Assembly: GCA_963729395.1 (NCBI GenBank)
Contig: CAVSOS010000013.1
Span: forward strand, 2,663-66,662
DNA length: 64,000 nucleotides
Direction: 5' to 3'
DNA from: an uncultured Pseudomonadota bacterium
Lineage (GTDB): Bacteria > Pseudomonadota > Alphaproteobacteria > Rhizobiales > Xanthobacteraceae
The position numbers and the translations under genes are program-made. Each line of letters opens with the position of its first letter. The stretch's first letter is position 1. Positions 10,580 through 19,582 of the stretch are shown here, one piece after another. A model generated the notes under the pieces. The model was not told the origin of the DNA and ran no database searches. It saw only the letters and a list, made by a program, of their open reading frames with translations.

Positions 10580-12693
10580 GTCCAGAGGTCAGGCCTTGCT
10601 GATTTAGGTCTAATGGTGCCCGTGACAGTTGGCTTGCGTAAAATCACTAATGGTTGAGTCGTCCGTCAGATTGATGTTGCCAACCACGTTCGTGGTTGTC
10701 GCAGTGGTTGAGTTCACATAGCAGAAGAACGAACCCGTCGGATCAATATAGTTATTAAGAATGTTTGCCGTCGTCACAGGATTGTAGGCAAACTCCGTAT
10801 CAGCGACCGACACGACCACACTCCCTCCCGATCCTCCGAAGAGGTTAGTAACATTCGTATTATTTTCCAAGTTCACTGTGCCGAAGGTCTGACCGTTGGT
10901 GCTACCGTCCGATATATACCAAATCGAAGTCGCGCCGCCTCCATAATTCGCCGGCATGAGACTGGTATTAAACTCTGATGTGAAATTGACGTTAGTTCCG
11001 GTTGACCCCATGATCTCGATCTCGCCGTGTGTGGCATTGCCGTAATTTATGCCTTCAAAATAATTATATTGTGCCGTCCAATTTCCTGCGCTGGCCGTTT
11101 CGATCGGGCGCCCGATCGATGCAAGAAATGCATTGTATTGATACAACGACGTGCCAGACGTGCGGTACGTATCCCATACATCAAAATAGTTGGTAAGTGT
11201 CGGGAATGTCGGCGCATTATCGTTGAACACATTGTTTTGCACGATGAGGGAACTACCATTCGTACTGGGCTCCAAGTCAAATAGACCGTACTGGCTCTGG
11301 CAGGCTGTACTTGATCCCATGGCAAAGTTGCTATTCTCGATTGTGATCGTGCCGGTATAGTTATAGATGTCGAGATAAATGCAATTATGCAAACTAAAGT
11401 CGTACCCGTTTATAGTCAGGCTGCCAGTGCTATTACATGTCACGGTATTTGAGCTGTATGAACACCCGGCAGGGAGGGTTGCAGTCGAGGGATCTTTCAA
11501 GACTGTTGCAGATGGGATGCCAACGGGATAGTCGACCCCCGCCACTCTCCACGGCGGACGTGTGGCATAGGTCTGTCCGCTCTGAAGTGCTCGACTAGTG
11601 AAGAAGTTCGAGTACTGGACGTTTCCGCCAACCGGCGCACCCGCAAACCCGTCAGCCCACACCCCGGTCGTTGAGGTCGCGGTGTTCGAGGCGGCGGAGG
11701 TATTGCCTGCAGCGTCGTAGGCTTTGACGATGTATGCGTGGGTTGAGCTGGCGGCGAGACCGGTGTCGGCATAGGTGGTACCGCTGGTGTCGGTCGCCAC
11801 CTGCGTGCCGTCGCGGAATATCTGGTAGCCTGCAACGCCGACGTTGTCGGTGGCGGCGGTCCAGGAGAGATCAAGTTCGCTCAGGGACGCGGCGACCGCA
11901 GTGACGTTGCTCGGTTGCGTCGGCGCCTGGGTATCGGTAGCGACAACGGTCGCGGTGCAGGTGCCGGTGCCCCCTGCGCCACTCAGGCTGAGCGTGTAGG
12001 TCGTGGTTGTCGTCGGCGAGACACTCCGGGAGCCCGCGGTGACAACTGACCCTACTCCCTGGTTTAGAGAGGCGGATGAGGCGTTGCTGGAAGTCCACGT
12101 GAGCGCGGTGCTGCTGCCGATGTCGATGTTCGCAGGTGCGGCGGAGAGCGCACAGGTAGGAGCGGGCGTTGTAGTGGTTCCCCCGCCGCCAAAGCCGGGG
12201 CTGTAACTGTTGGACGAGGGCGTAGTTGGCACGATCGGACTTGCCGGGGTGGCCGTCGTGGAGCTTGCGGACTTGGTACTTGAGGCTGCACTGCTCGTTG
12301 CGATCATGGCAGGAGCTATCGGTGAGGTCTCGGTAGTAGTCGGGCCAGGCGTGGATGAGACGATGAACGCTCTGGTCACAGGGCCGAAGAATCCTGTAGC
12401 AGGGAGGTTGTGCGCTTTCTGGTAGCGTATCAATGCGCCTTGAGCGAGAGGTCCGAAGAATGTCGTTTCTTTGCCGGGAGAGCCGGGACCTGTCTGTGCG
12501 AGGAGGAACCCTTGCGCGTTGAGGAACTGCTGGAGCTGGAGGACGTCCGGGCCTTGAGCGTACAGCGTGAGGTTCCGGGTGAACGTCGGGGGTGTGGCTG
12601 TAGTCGTTGTCGCAGTACTCTGTCCTTCGATCGCGGCGATCTGGGCTTCGAGTATTGCGAGTTCGGCGTAGAGAGATCTCAGGAGCGCTGCTT

Positions 12694-14110
12694 GAGCTAT
12701 CGCCGAAAGTTGGTGACGGCGGGAATTGGAAAGGCGGCATATCGTGGGGGTGCTTGAAGCCTCCACTTCTCCACCAAAGGAGCGATATGCCGTGTCCAAA
12801 GATAACATCGTCCAGCTGATTCAGCCAGGAAACGTCGACGACCAACTCACCGAAATCTTACGCAATGGGGCGCGTTCTCTGCTCGCCCAGGCGATCGAGG
12901 CCGAGGTCAGCGACTTTCTGTGCAAGCATGCCGATTTGAAGACCGAGGACGGCCACCAACGCGTCGTCCGCCACGGTCACCTGCCGGAGCGCGAGGTGAT
13001 GACCGGTATCGGTCCGGTCGCCGTCCACCAGCCGCGTGTGCGCGATCGCGATGCGGCCGCCGACGATCCCGACCGTATCCGGTTCTCGCCGTCGATCCTG
13101 CCGCCCTATATGCGCCGGTCGAAATCGATCGAGACATTGCTGCCGATCCTTTACCTGAAGGGGATATCGACCGGCGACTTCTCCGAGGCGCTGGCTGCGC
13201 TGCTCGGCAAGGATGCCGCTGGGTTGTCAGCATCCGCCATCGGCCGGCTGAAGGACGGCTGGCTCGACGAGCACGCCGCCTGGCAGAAGCGCGATCTGTC
13301 GGCGAAGCGCTATGTCTACATCTGGGCCGATGGCATCCATCTCCAGGCGCGCCTCGAAGACGAAAAGCAATGCATCCTGGTTCTGATCGGCGCGACGCCG
13401 GAAGGCCGCAAGGAACTGGTCGGCTTCACCGATGGCGCCCGCGAGAGTGCGCACGACTGGCGCGATCTGCTGCTCGATCTGAAGCGGCGCGGGCTCGATG
13501 TGCCGCCGCAACTCGTCGTCGCCGACGGCGCGCTCGGGTTCTGGAAAGCCGCTGGCGAGGTCTGGCCGAAAACGCGCGAGCAGCGCTGCTGGGTGCACAA
13601 GACCGCGAACGTGCTCGCCAAATTACCGAAGAGCCAGCAGCCCAAAGCCAAACGCGCGTTGCAGGAGATCTGGATGGCCGAAACCAAGGCCATCGCCGAA
13701 CTGGCGTTCGACGCGTTCGTGGAGAGCTACGCGCTGAAATACGCGAAGGCGGCGGACTGCCTGAGCCAGGATCGAGACGCGCTGCTCGCCTTCTACGACT
13801 TCCCGGCCGAACACTGGAAACACCTGCGAACGACCAACCCCATCGAAAGCACCTTTGCCACCGTTCGCCACCGCACGATCCGGTCGAAGGGCTGTCTGTC
13901 GAACAAGACTGCGCTCGCGATGGTCTTCAAATTGCTCGAAGGCGCGCAGAAAAGCTGGCGTCGTCTCGATGGCCACAACCAGTTGCCAAAACTCGTTCTC
14001 GGTGTAACATTCAACGATGGGATCGAGGTCATCGCCAAGCCGACCGACCGTCAGCTCATAACCGCCGCCGCCTGACCGGTCCCTCCGTCACCAAAATTTG
14101 GCGATAGCTC
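12694..14110 (+). mobile_element. IS256-family element, copy 1
   Basis: Terminal IRs GAGCTATCGCC.AAA.TTGGTGACGG; 9-bp TSD GCGCTGCTT at 12685..12693 and 14111..14119. Confidence 0.95.
12792..14075 (+). CDS. IS256 (mutator-type) transposase
   Basis: YLKGIST, YIWADG, VVADG, QRCWVHK and RTTNPIES motifs; GTG start after AAGGAG. Confidence 0.95.
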   Translation: MSKDNIVQLIQPGNVDDQLTEILRNGARSLLAQAIEAEVSDFLCKHADLKTEDGHQRVVRHGHLPEREVMTGIGPVAVHQPRVRDRDAAADDPDRIRFSPSILPPYMRRSKSIETLLPILYLKGISTGDFSEALAALLGKDAAGLSASAIGRLKDGWLDEHAAWQKRDLSAKRYVYIWADGIHLQARLEDEKQCILVLIGATPEGRKELVGFTDGARESAHDWRDLLLDLKRRGLDVPPQLVVADGALGFWKAAGEVWPKTREQRCWVHKTANVLAKLPKSQQPKAKRALQEIWMAETKAIAELAFDAFVESYALKYAKAADCLSQDRDALLAFYDFPAEHWKHLRTTNPIESTFATVRHRTIRSKGCLSNKTALAMVFKLLEGAQKSWRRLDGHNQLPKLVLGVTFNDGIEVIAKPTDRQLITAAA

Positions 14111-14459
14111 GCGCTGCTTTGGTGGTGGAGAGTGTGGCGGTGGTGGTTGCGACAACGGGGGTTGAAGAAGCGACTGCTCCAGGAGTGCTGGAGGAGGGAG
14201 CGTTCAGTGTCTGCAATAGGAGCTGGGCTGGGGTCAGGGTTTGCGCGCGTGCCAGGGAGGAGAGGGTAAGGAGGGCGAGGAAGAGCGTCGCTGCGATCGA
14301 TGTACGGCGGCGGGGGTTCATGTTGATTGGATACTGTGCATCATATCATTACGGCGCATGTCCTCAGTCCAGCGTGGGGACAAAAGATACGTGAGGACTT
14401 TCCCAAGCGGCATGAAATCGTGTCTAGCGGGACTCGCCGCTATCGTTCATGCTCGTCTC

Positions 14460-14663
14460 ATGCGTATCACTGACGAAGCACTCGATGAGTTCATCGGGAT
14501 ATACAAGGAAGAGTTCGGCGAGCATATCGATCGAGCGCAGGCCCGTGAGATGGCGTTCCGTCTGGTTACCCTCTACGAAGGGCTCGCCAGGAGAGACGAG
14601 CAAGAGGTTATACTTACGCCGTTGGACGACCCGCCCCGTCAGCCGATCGGCTTCCGTGCATAG
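14460..14663 (+). CDS. Small hypothetical protein convergent with the serine recombinase
   Basis: MRITDEALDEFIGIYKEEFGEHIDRAQAREMAFRLVTLY; resembles small ORFs I recall beside CPR-type recombinases. Confidence 0.6.
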   Translation: MRITDEALDEFIGIYKEEFGEHIDRAQAREMAFRLVTLYEGLARRDEQEVILTPLDDPPRQPIGFRA

Positions 14664-16212
14664 CATCGATCCTGCGAATATTGTCCAAGATTGCCATAAA
14701 CTCCGGATCGCGCCCGACATACAAACTTCTGATGTCTTCCATGGCCGCCCGCAGCTGAGTAGTATTTGAAATGTCCGCGACCTGACGCAATGGTTTCTTG
14801 GCTTCAATGTTGAGCGTCCGGTCTTTCAGTAAAAGGTTCGAACCGACTAAGTCGAGAATGCGGCGTTTTGTCTGTGCGTCGCCGCTGCGAAAAGATTCCG
14901 CGGCTCTGGCGCTGAACGATACCAAGAGTCGTGCGGGTTCGGACGCATCGCCCGTATCCTGCTTCAATTGTTCCTGAAGCTTCAGGTTCTCCATTTCAAG
15001 CTTCTGACGCTCCACAACGAACTTCTCGTCCGATATCAGATCGCGCAGGCGCAGCGACGTGAGCGTGTCGAGCGCCCGGTCGGTATCGGCGATCAATCTC
15101 TCAAGTGATTTGCGGCGCGCTTCCTCCAGTTCCTTACGATCAATATGGAGCTCCTCCATCCGCGCGAGCGCCCAAGTATGTAGTCTGCTTGGCAGCGTGA
15201 GCGTCGTGAGGAACGCTTCGATCTGTTCCTCCAACTGCTCAACTCGTATACACCGCTGAGAGCAGTGGTAATCGGAGCGGCGCTTGGTGCAGTGGTAGTA
15301 GGTGTAGTGGGAGCCGAAGCGATTGACCTTGTCCTCAGCCGTTACGAGCATGCCGCACTCGCCGCAGCGGATCATGCCGGTATAGGCGAATTCTTTGGTC
15401 TTGGGCTTCGCTTTCCCGCGTTTCCTGATGATCGCCTGGGCGCGCTCGAATTCGTCGATCGTAACGATCGGCTCATGCTTGCCGGGATAGATCTTCCCGG
15501 CCCAAGGAATGAGACCGGCATAGAAGGGATTGCGCAGGACTTTGTACACCCAGCTCAGCGTGATCGGCTTTCCGCCGATGCGCTTTCTGAGTGGCGTGCG
15601 GAATCCCCATTCGTCATTCGCCATGTTCCGGACGCGCGATACAGGCGTCCCCGCCAATATTTCCTCGAACATTCGGCGGATGAGGTCGAAGCGCTCCGGG
15701 TCATTCACGATCGTCCTTGAAACAGGATCGTTGCGATAGCCAAGCGGCGCATGATTGGGACGCCAGCCCTTCTCCAGCTTGGTTCGGTTGCCCCGCTTCA
15801 CGTTCTCGGAGAGGGCGTCCGAATAATACTTCGACTGCCCGAACATGATCTGCAGCATGAACTTGCCCTGGCTGCCGTTCTCAAACGTGTACGTCGCGAA
15901 CTTCAGGTCCTTAATTGAGCCGGTATCGAGGAGGTAGATGATGCGGCCGCCGTCCACGGAGTTGCGGGCGAGGCAATCCGGCGCCCATGCGACGATGCCC
16001 TCGGCGCGGCCTTTCTCGATTTCGGCGACCATTTCACTGAAAACAGGACGGCCAGGCGCTTTTGCGCTGTACGCTTCCTCGAACACCCGGACGATCTCGA
16101 TATCATGGCGCTCGCCGAATGTGCGCTTCAGGGTGGTCAGTTGCGACTCGATCGAAGCGACCTGCCGATCTTCGGCTTCGCTCGATTTCCTGCAGTAGAT
16201 GAAATATCGCAT
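14614..16212 (-). CDS. Large serine recombinase (resolvase + recombinase + Zn ribbon + coiled coil)
   Basis: YCRKSS catalytic Ser, SAK..GRP, DCLARN (normally DRLAR), APLGY, GKHEPIV, CGECG...YYHC. Confidence 0.92.
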   Translation of the reverse strand: MRYFIYCRKSSEAEDRQVASIESQLTTLKRTFGERHDIEIVRVFEEAYSAKAPGRPVFSEMVAEIEKGRAEGIVAWAPDCLARNSVDGGRIIYLLDTGSIKDLKFATYTFENGSQGKFMLQIMFGQSKYYSDALSENVKRGNRTKLEKGWRPNHAPLGYRNDPVSRTIVNDPERFDLIRRMFEEILAGTPVSRVRNMANDEWGFRTPLRKRIGGKPITLSWVYKVLRNPFYAGLIPWAGKIYPGKHEPIVTIDEFERAQAIIRKRGKAKPKTKEFAYTGMIRCGECGMLVTAEDKVNRFGSHYTYYHCTKRRSDYHCSQRCIRVEQLEEQIEAFLTTLTLPSRLHTWALARMEELHIDRKELEEARRKSLERLIADTDRALDTLTSLRLRDLISDEKFVVERQKLEMENLKLQEQLKQDTGDASEPARLLVSFSARAAESFRSGDAQTKRRILDLVGSNLLLKDRTLNIEAKKPLRQVADISNTTQLRAAMEDIRSLYVGRDPEFMAILDNIRRIDAMHGSRSADGAGRPTA

Positions 16213-16301
16213 ACGTTCGGTATGGACTCGGGATTCTGACTCCGTTTCGGAAATTGTCGAATCGCTTGTCCACAGAGAGAGCGTATCCACGAACGGACCC
16301 G

Positions 16302-16352
16302 TGACTAGACGCGAGAATATGCCAACAACGATTGTTTTCTCGCGTCTAGTCA
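16302..16352. repeat. Perfect 16-bp inverted repeat upstream of the recombinase
   Basis: TGACTAGACGCGAGAA-N19-TTCTCGCGTCTAGTCA. Confidence 0.9.
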
Positions 16353-17005
16353 TGTGTTCGTTTGTGATGCGCGGCGCGCAACTGTTGAAAGTTTGGCCGC
16401 TCTCGAACGTCTTTGGTTGAAAAACTCGTAACCGTCACTCGAAAGAGCAACGTTCGTGGCTGCTTAGAAAAAGCATCCGGACGTGCACTTCGAGACGCTC
16501 ACGAGTTTTCCGCGTTCCCGCTCATGCGTCCGACTACGCCGCTCGCCGAGTTCGCAGCCGCGCGTGAGCCGAGTTCTTTGCCCGGGGTCTGCATTTTCTT
16601 GCCCGATGCTTCGCAAGCGTGCCAGCGTGCTCGTCGCCGTCAATGCCGAGCCTTCGGTGCCTTTCGGCAGCATTGACGGCGCCTGCGCGCGCTGGCCTCC
16701 AGAAGCTCGGATCGGGACGGAAGGATGGGCCTCTGAGGTCGAACAGAAGGATGCGAGACGCTTCGGTTACTGGCGGCGTTCTGAAATGAAATGGAAGAAG
16801 GACGACAGGACTGGAGTGGTCGGGGCACGTAACGCGATCGGTCTGTCAGGCAAGTATTTGGACATCAATGCGATTTCTTGACCCATACCCGCACACGATG
16901 CCTGCACGCGTAGTGCAGGGATGTGTGCAGGTTTGCTTGTAGGGGCGTGTGAATGGACTACTCTTCCGCGTTGGACAGAGCGGCGGCCCGATTTAGAATG
17001 CCGCA

Positions 17006-17473
17006 ATGTCCTGGAACCCGAATCAGGCGATTGAGGATTTTCGCGCTGTTACCCGCCTTGCCGGCGTAGAGCTTGTTAGCGGTGCAATTGTAATAGAGAG
17101 CTTACCAGCGCCCCATACGCCGCCCACAACCTTACCTAGTGGCAAGATGGCTGTTTACGTCTTCTCAAAAGGAGACGACGTACTCAAGATCGGCAAAGTC
17201 GGCGCCAAGAGCCAAGCTCGTTACACCAGCCAGCACTACAATCCCGGCAGTTCCAATAGCAACCTTGCGAAATCGCTGCTTGCGGATCGCGAGAGCCCAG
17301 GCTTTGCGCAAATCAATGAAGCCAATGTAGGGCAGTGGATCAGGCAAAACATCGACCGTGTAAACTTCCTGCTCGATGAGCGTGCAGGCGTTCCAGTTCT
17401 GACTTTATTGGAAAGCTTTTTTCAATGCCGGTTCAAGCCTCGATACGAGGGTTTCAAAAGCCAGCGTATATAG
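17006..17473 (+). CDS. GIY-YIG-like nuclease domain protein
   Basis: AVYVF...LKIGK...ARYTSQH and LLES..QCRFKPRY follow GIY-YIG motif spacing. Confidence 0.6.
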   Translation: MSWNPNQAIEDFRAVTRLAGVELVSGAIVIESLPAPHTPPTTLPSGKMAVYVFSKGDDVLKIGKVGAKSQARYTSQHYNPGSSNSNLAKSLLADRESPGFAQINEANVGQWIRQNIDRVNFLLDERAGVPVLTLLESFFQCRFKPRYEGFKSQRI

Positions 17474-17556
17474 AAGCTGCTCTTTATCGCATTGCCCGAT
17501 AAACATGACCGAACCAATAATTTCAAATGGCATAATCGTTTCTCCCCTCCGAGATT

Positions 17557-18708
17557 TTAAGCAGCGCGAACCGCCGGCACCTTGCGGTCTTTTGCCAGAA
17601 GCGATCTCACATGCGCTTCCCAGAGCGCGACCGCCTCGCGCTTTTCTTTCGCATAGTCATATCGTTGGTACACGCCCCGGATGCCGCCGAGGCTACCGGA
17701 TACGTGCCCCAGCAGCGCCTCGGTCACTTCGAGCCGAACGCCGAGGCGCTGTAAGCCCGAGGCGAACGTCCGGCGCAGATCATGCAACACGAAGTGCGGC
17801 ATGTCCGAGAGCTTCTTGCGAAGCTCTTCGGTGCATTTCGACCAGCCGTTCAGAGATCGATCCGTGAATCCACGTGCCGGGAAGAGAAGTTCGCCAATTT
17901 CAGGCGTTTCTTCTTTCAAGATCGAAGCGGCCATTTCCCCACACGGCACGACGTGGGACCTCCTGCCTTTCATGGCGTCGCGCGGGAAGGCGATCGTCAG
18001 GTTCTGCCGGTCGATCCACGATCTTTCAATTGCCGCTGTTTGGCTCCGTCGCTGGCCCAGGAGGATGCAGAGCTTGGTGATCGTCCCGAAGGGAGAGCCG
18101 ATCTCGTCGGCAGCGCGCCAGACCCGGACGAGCTCGTCATCAGAGAGAACCCGGTCACGGGGGATGTAGCGCGGTAGCTGCAAACCTTCGAGCGGCGAGT
18201 GAGGGATGTACTGCCGGGGCGGCCGGACGCACCAACGCAAGAACATCCGTGCCACAGCCAGGACGTGGGCATATTCGGTTGGCCGGTCCAGCAAGGGGTC
18301 GGTGATCTTCGCGATCTGTGTGTTCATGATGCGCGAGAGGGGCAGCTTTCGCAAGACGGGTACATAGTATTTGTCGAGAACGCGCGTATAGTCATACTGA
18401 GTGCGCTCGGTCTTGAGCGCAATGTGCGCAAGTTTGAAGGTTTCGTACGCGGCTTCGAAGGTTACCTCGCAGGCGGGTACGTCGCGTGCCTTCGCTTTGA
18501 TCGCGAGCGCCTTGCGCCGCGCCTCTGCGAGCGAGAGGTCGGGATACGTGCCGATCGTGTGCCGGCGATTGTTCACCTTGGCGATGAAGACCTTCCGCCT
18601 GGCGCTCACCCGCACGCCGAAGCCCGGTACTTTGGCGTCCCAGAAATCCGTGCGTTCCCCGACCTTGAGGGAGCGCAGCAGAGCATCGGTTATTACAACA
18701 GTTGCCAT
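17557..18708 (-). CDS. Tyrosine integrase with N-terminal arm-binding domain (P4-like)
   Basis: WDAKVPGFGVRVS arm domain; GQRRSQ, HDLRRT, LLGH and VYQRY catalytic motifs. Confidence 0.93.
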   Translation of the reverse strand: MATVVITDALLRSLKVGERTDFWDAKVPGFGVRVSARRKVFIAKVNNRRHTIGTYPDLSLAEARRKALAIKAKARDVPACEVTFEAAYETFKLAHIALKTERTQYDYTRVLDKYYVPVLRKLPLSRIMNTQIAKITDPLLDRPTEYAHVLAVARMFLRWCVRPPRQYIPHSPLEGLQLPRYIPRDRVLSDDELVRVWRAADEIGSPFGTITKLCILLGQRRSQTAAIERSWIDRQNLTIAFPRDAMKGRRSHVVPCGEMAASILKEETPEIGELLFPARGFTDRSLNGWSKCTEELRKKLSDMPHFVLHDLRRTFASGLQRLGVRLEVTEALLGHVSGSLGGIRGVYQRYDYAKEKREAVALWEAHVRSLLAKDRKVPAVRAA

Positions 18709-18913
18709 GGCCGGGTACTTCGTGGGTACCAAAGCGCGCGGAATACCTCGGTGCGCGATGAGTGCTCATGCGCAGAAAATTTCAGTGCAATCAAGGGGAG
18801 GCGGGCACCATGGGGCATGGTGCAACCCCATGAAAATACATCACTTTTTGCTTACAAAACCGCTGCTCTACCGCCGAGCTAAACCGGCGTTTGATCGAAG
18901 TTTCAACGCGCTG

Positions 18914-18942
18914 TCGTTATCAATCGACGAACGTTTTGGCAA
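18914..18942 (-). promoter_or_regulatory. Candidate original tRNA-Thr promoter upstream of the displaced 5' fragment
   Basis: TTGCCA-N17-TAACGA on the minus strand. Confidence 0.45.
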
Positions 18943-19013
18943 CCTTGGCGCTCAATTGACCCGATCGATAAGCCCTTTTGGCCGATGGTCCCGGCGGCTT
19001 TCCCGATCGGCCG

Positions 19014-19406
19014 CTAAGGCTTAACGGGAATATACAGCGGCTTTCCCTTGTCGACGATATGGACGGTGAGAAGCTTGAGGGTTTTGTCGCCGGTAACCGT
19101 GAATGCGCCGTGCGGAACGTCACGAACATTGATCTTGGCCGTGCCCGCCTCGAATACGATCGGCTTGCCGTCAGGCGTGACGGCGGTGGCGCCGCTGAGG
19201 ACGTAAACGGCTTCTTCGCCGGCATGGGTGTGCAGGATCGCCGAAGTGCCCGGAGCCGCTTCAATGGTTCCGACCACGATTTCCATGTTCGTTCCGGTCA
19301 AATCGCCTTTGGTCAGTTCGGTTCGCCTGGTGGTCTGCGCTTGCGCGGCGGCCGAGAGCGTCAATCCCAGCGCAACGAGCGCAATCAAGCCTGCCTGCTT
19401 CGTCAT
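19014..19406 (-). CDS. Secreted cupin domain protein
   Basis: Signal peptide; HTHAGEEAVYVLSG and PH motifs. Confidence 0.85.
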   Translation of the reverse strand: MTKQAGLIALVALGLTLSAAAQAQTTRRTELTKGDLTGTNMEIVVGTIEAAPGTSAILHTHAGEEAVYVLSGATAVTPDGKPIVFEAGTAKINVRDVPHGAFTVTGDKTLKLLTVHIVDKGKPLYIPVKP

Positions 19407-19582
19407 CTTTGCTCCCTGATGCTTTTAGGCCGATAAGCCAACTGAACCACGAAGCGATTTTCGAACGCCAGCAGGGCTGCGTTAACGCACCGATCGCTGG
19501 TCCGGCGCGGAATTGTTTTGAGATGCACCCAAAACAAAACGGCCCCGGCGCGGGCGCCGGGGCCGTTTGGGGTTGATCTGGA

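Larger units (their letters stand above)
10610..14321 (-). pseudogene. Secreted modular surface protein (signal peptide, coiled coil, peptidoglycan-binding domain, Ig-like, FN3, beta-helix-like), interrupted by IS256
   Basis: Removing the IS and one target duplication joins 14321..14111 to 12684..10610 in frame (TKAA/LLRS), giving 761 aa. Confidence 0.88.
9041..18889. mobile_element. Integrative element in tRNA-Thr, bounded by a 38-bp direct repeat of the tRNA 5' half
   Basis: 9041..9078 and 18852..18889 match at 37/38; integrase next to the right repeat; IHF-like site at 9089..9101; GGGTAC tandem repeats at both ends. Confidence 0.9.

Noticed and set aside
10201-11600. Diversity-generating retroelement acting on the surface-protein C-terminus
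   Set aside because: No reverse transcriptase in the window, and the downstream fragment is too diverged, not an adenine-only variant.
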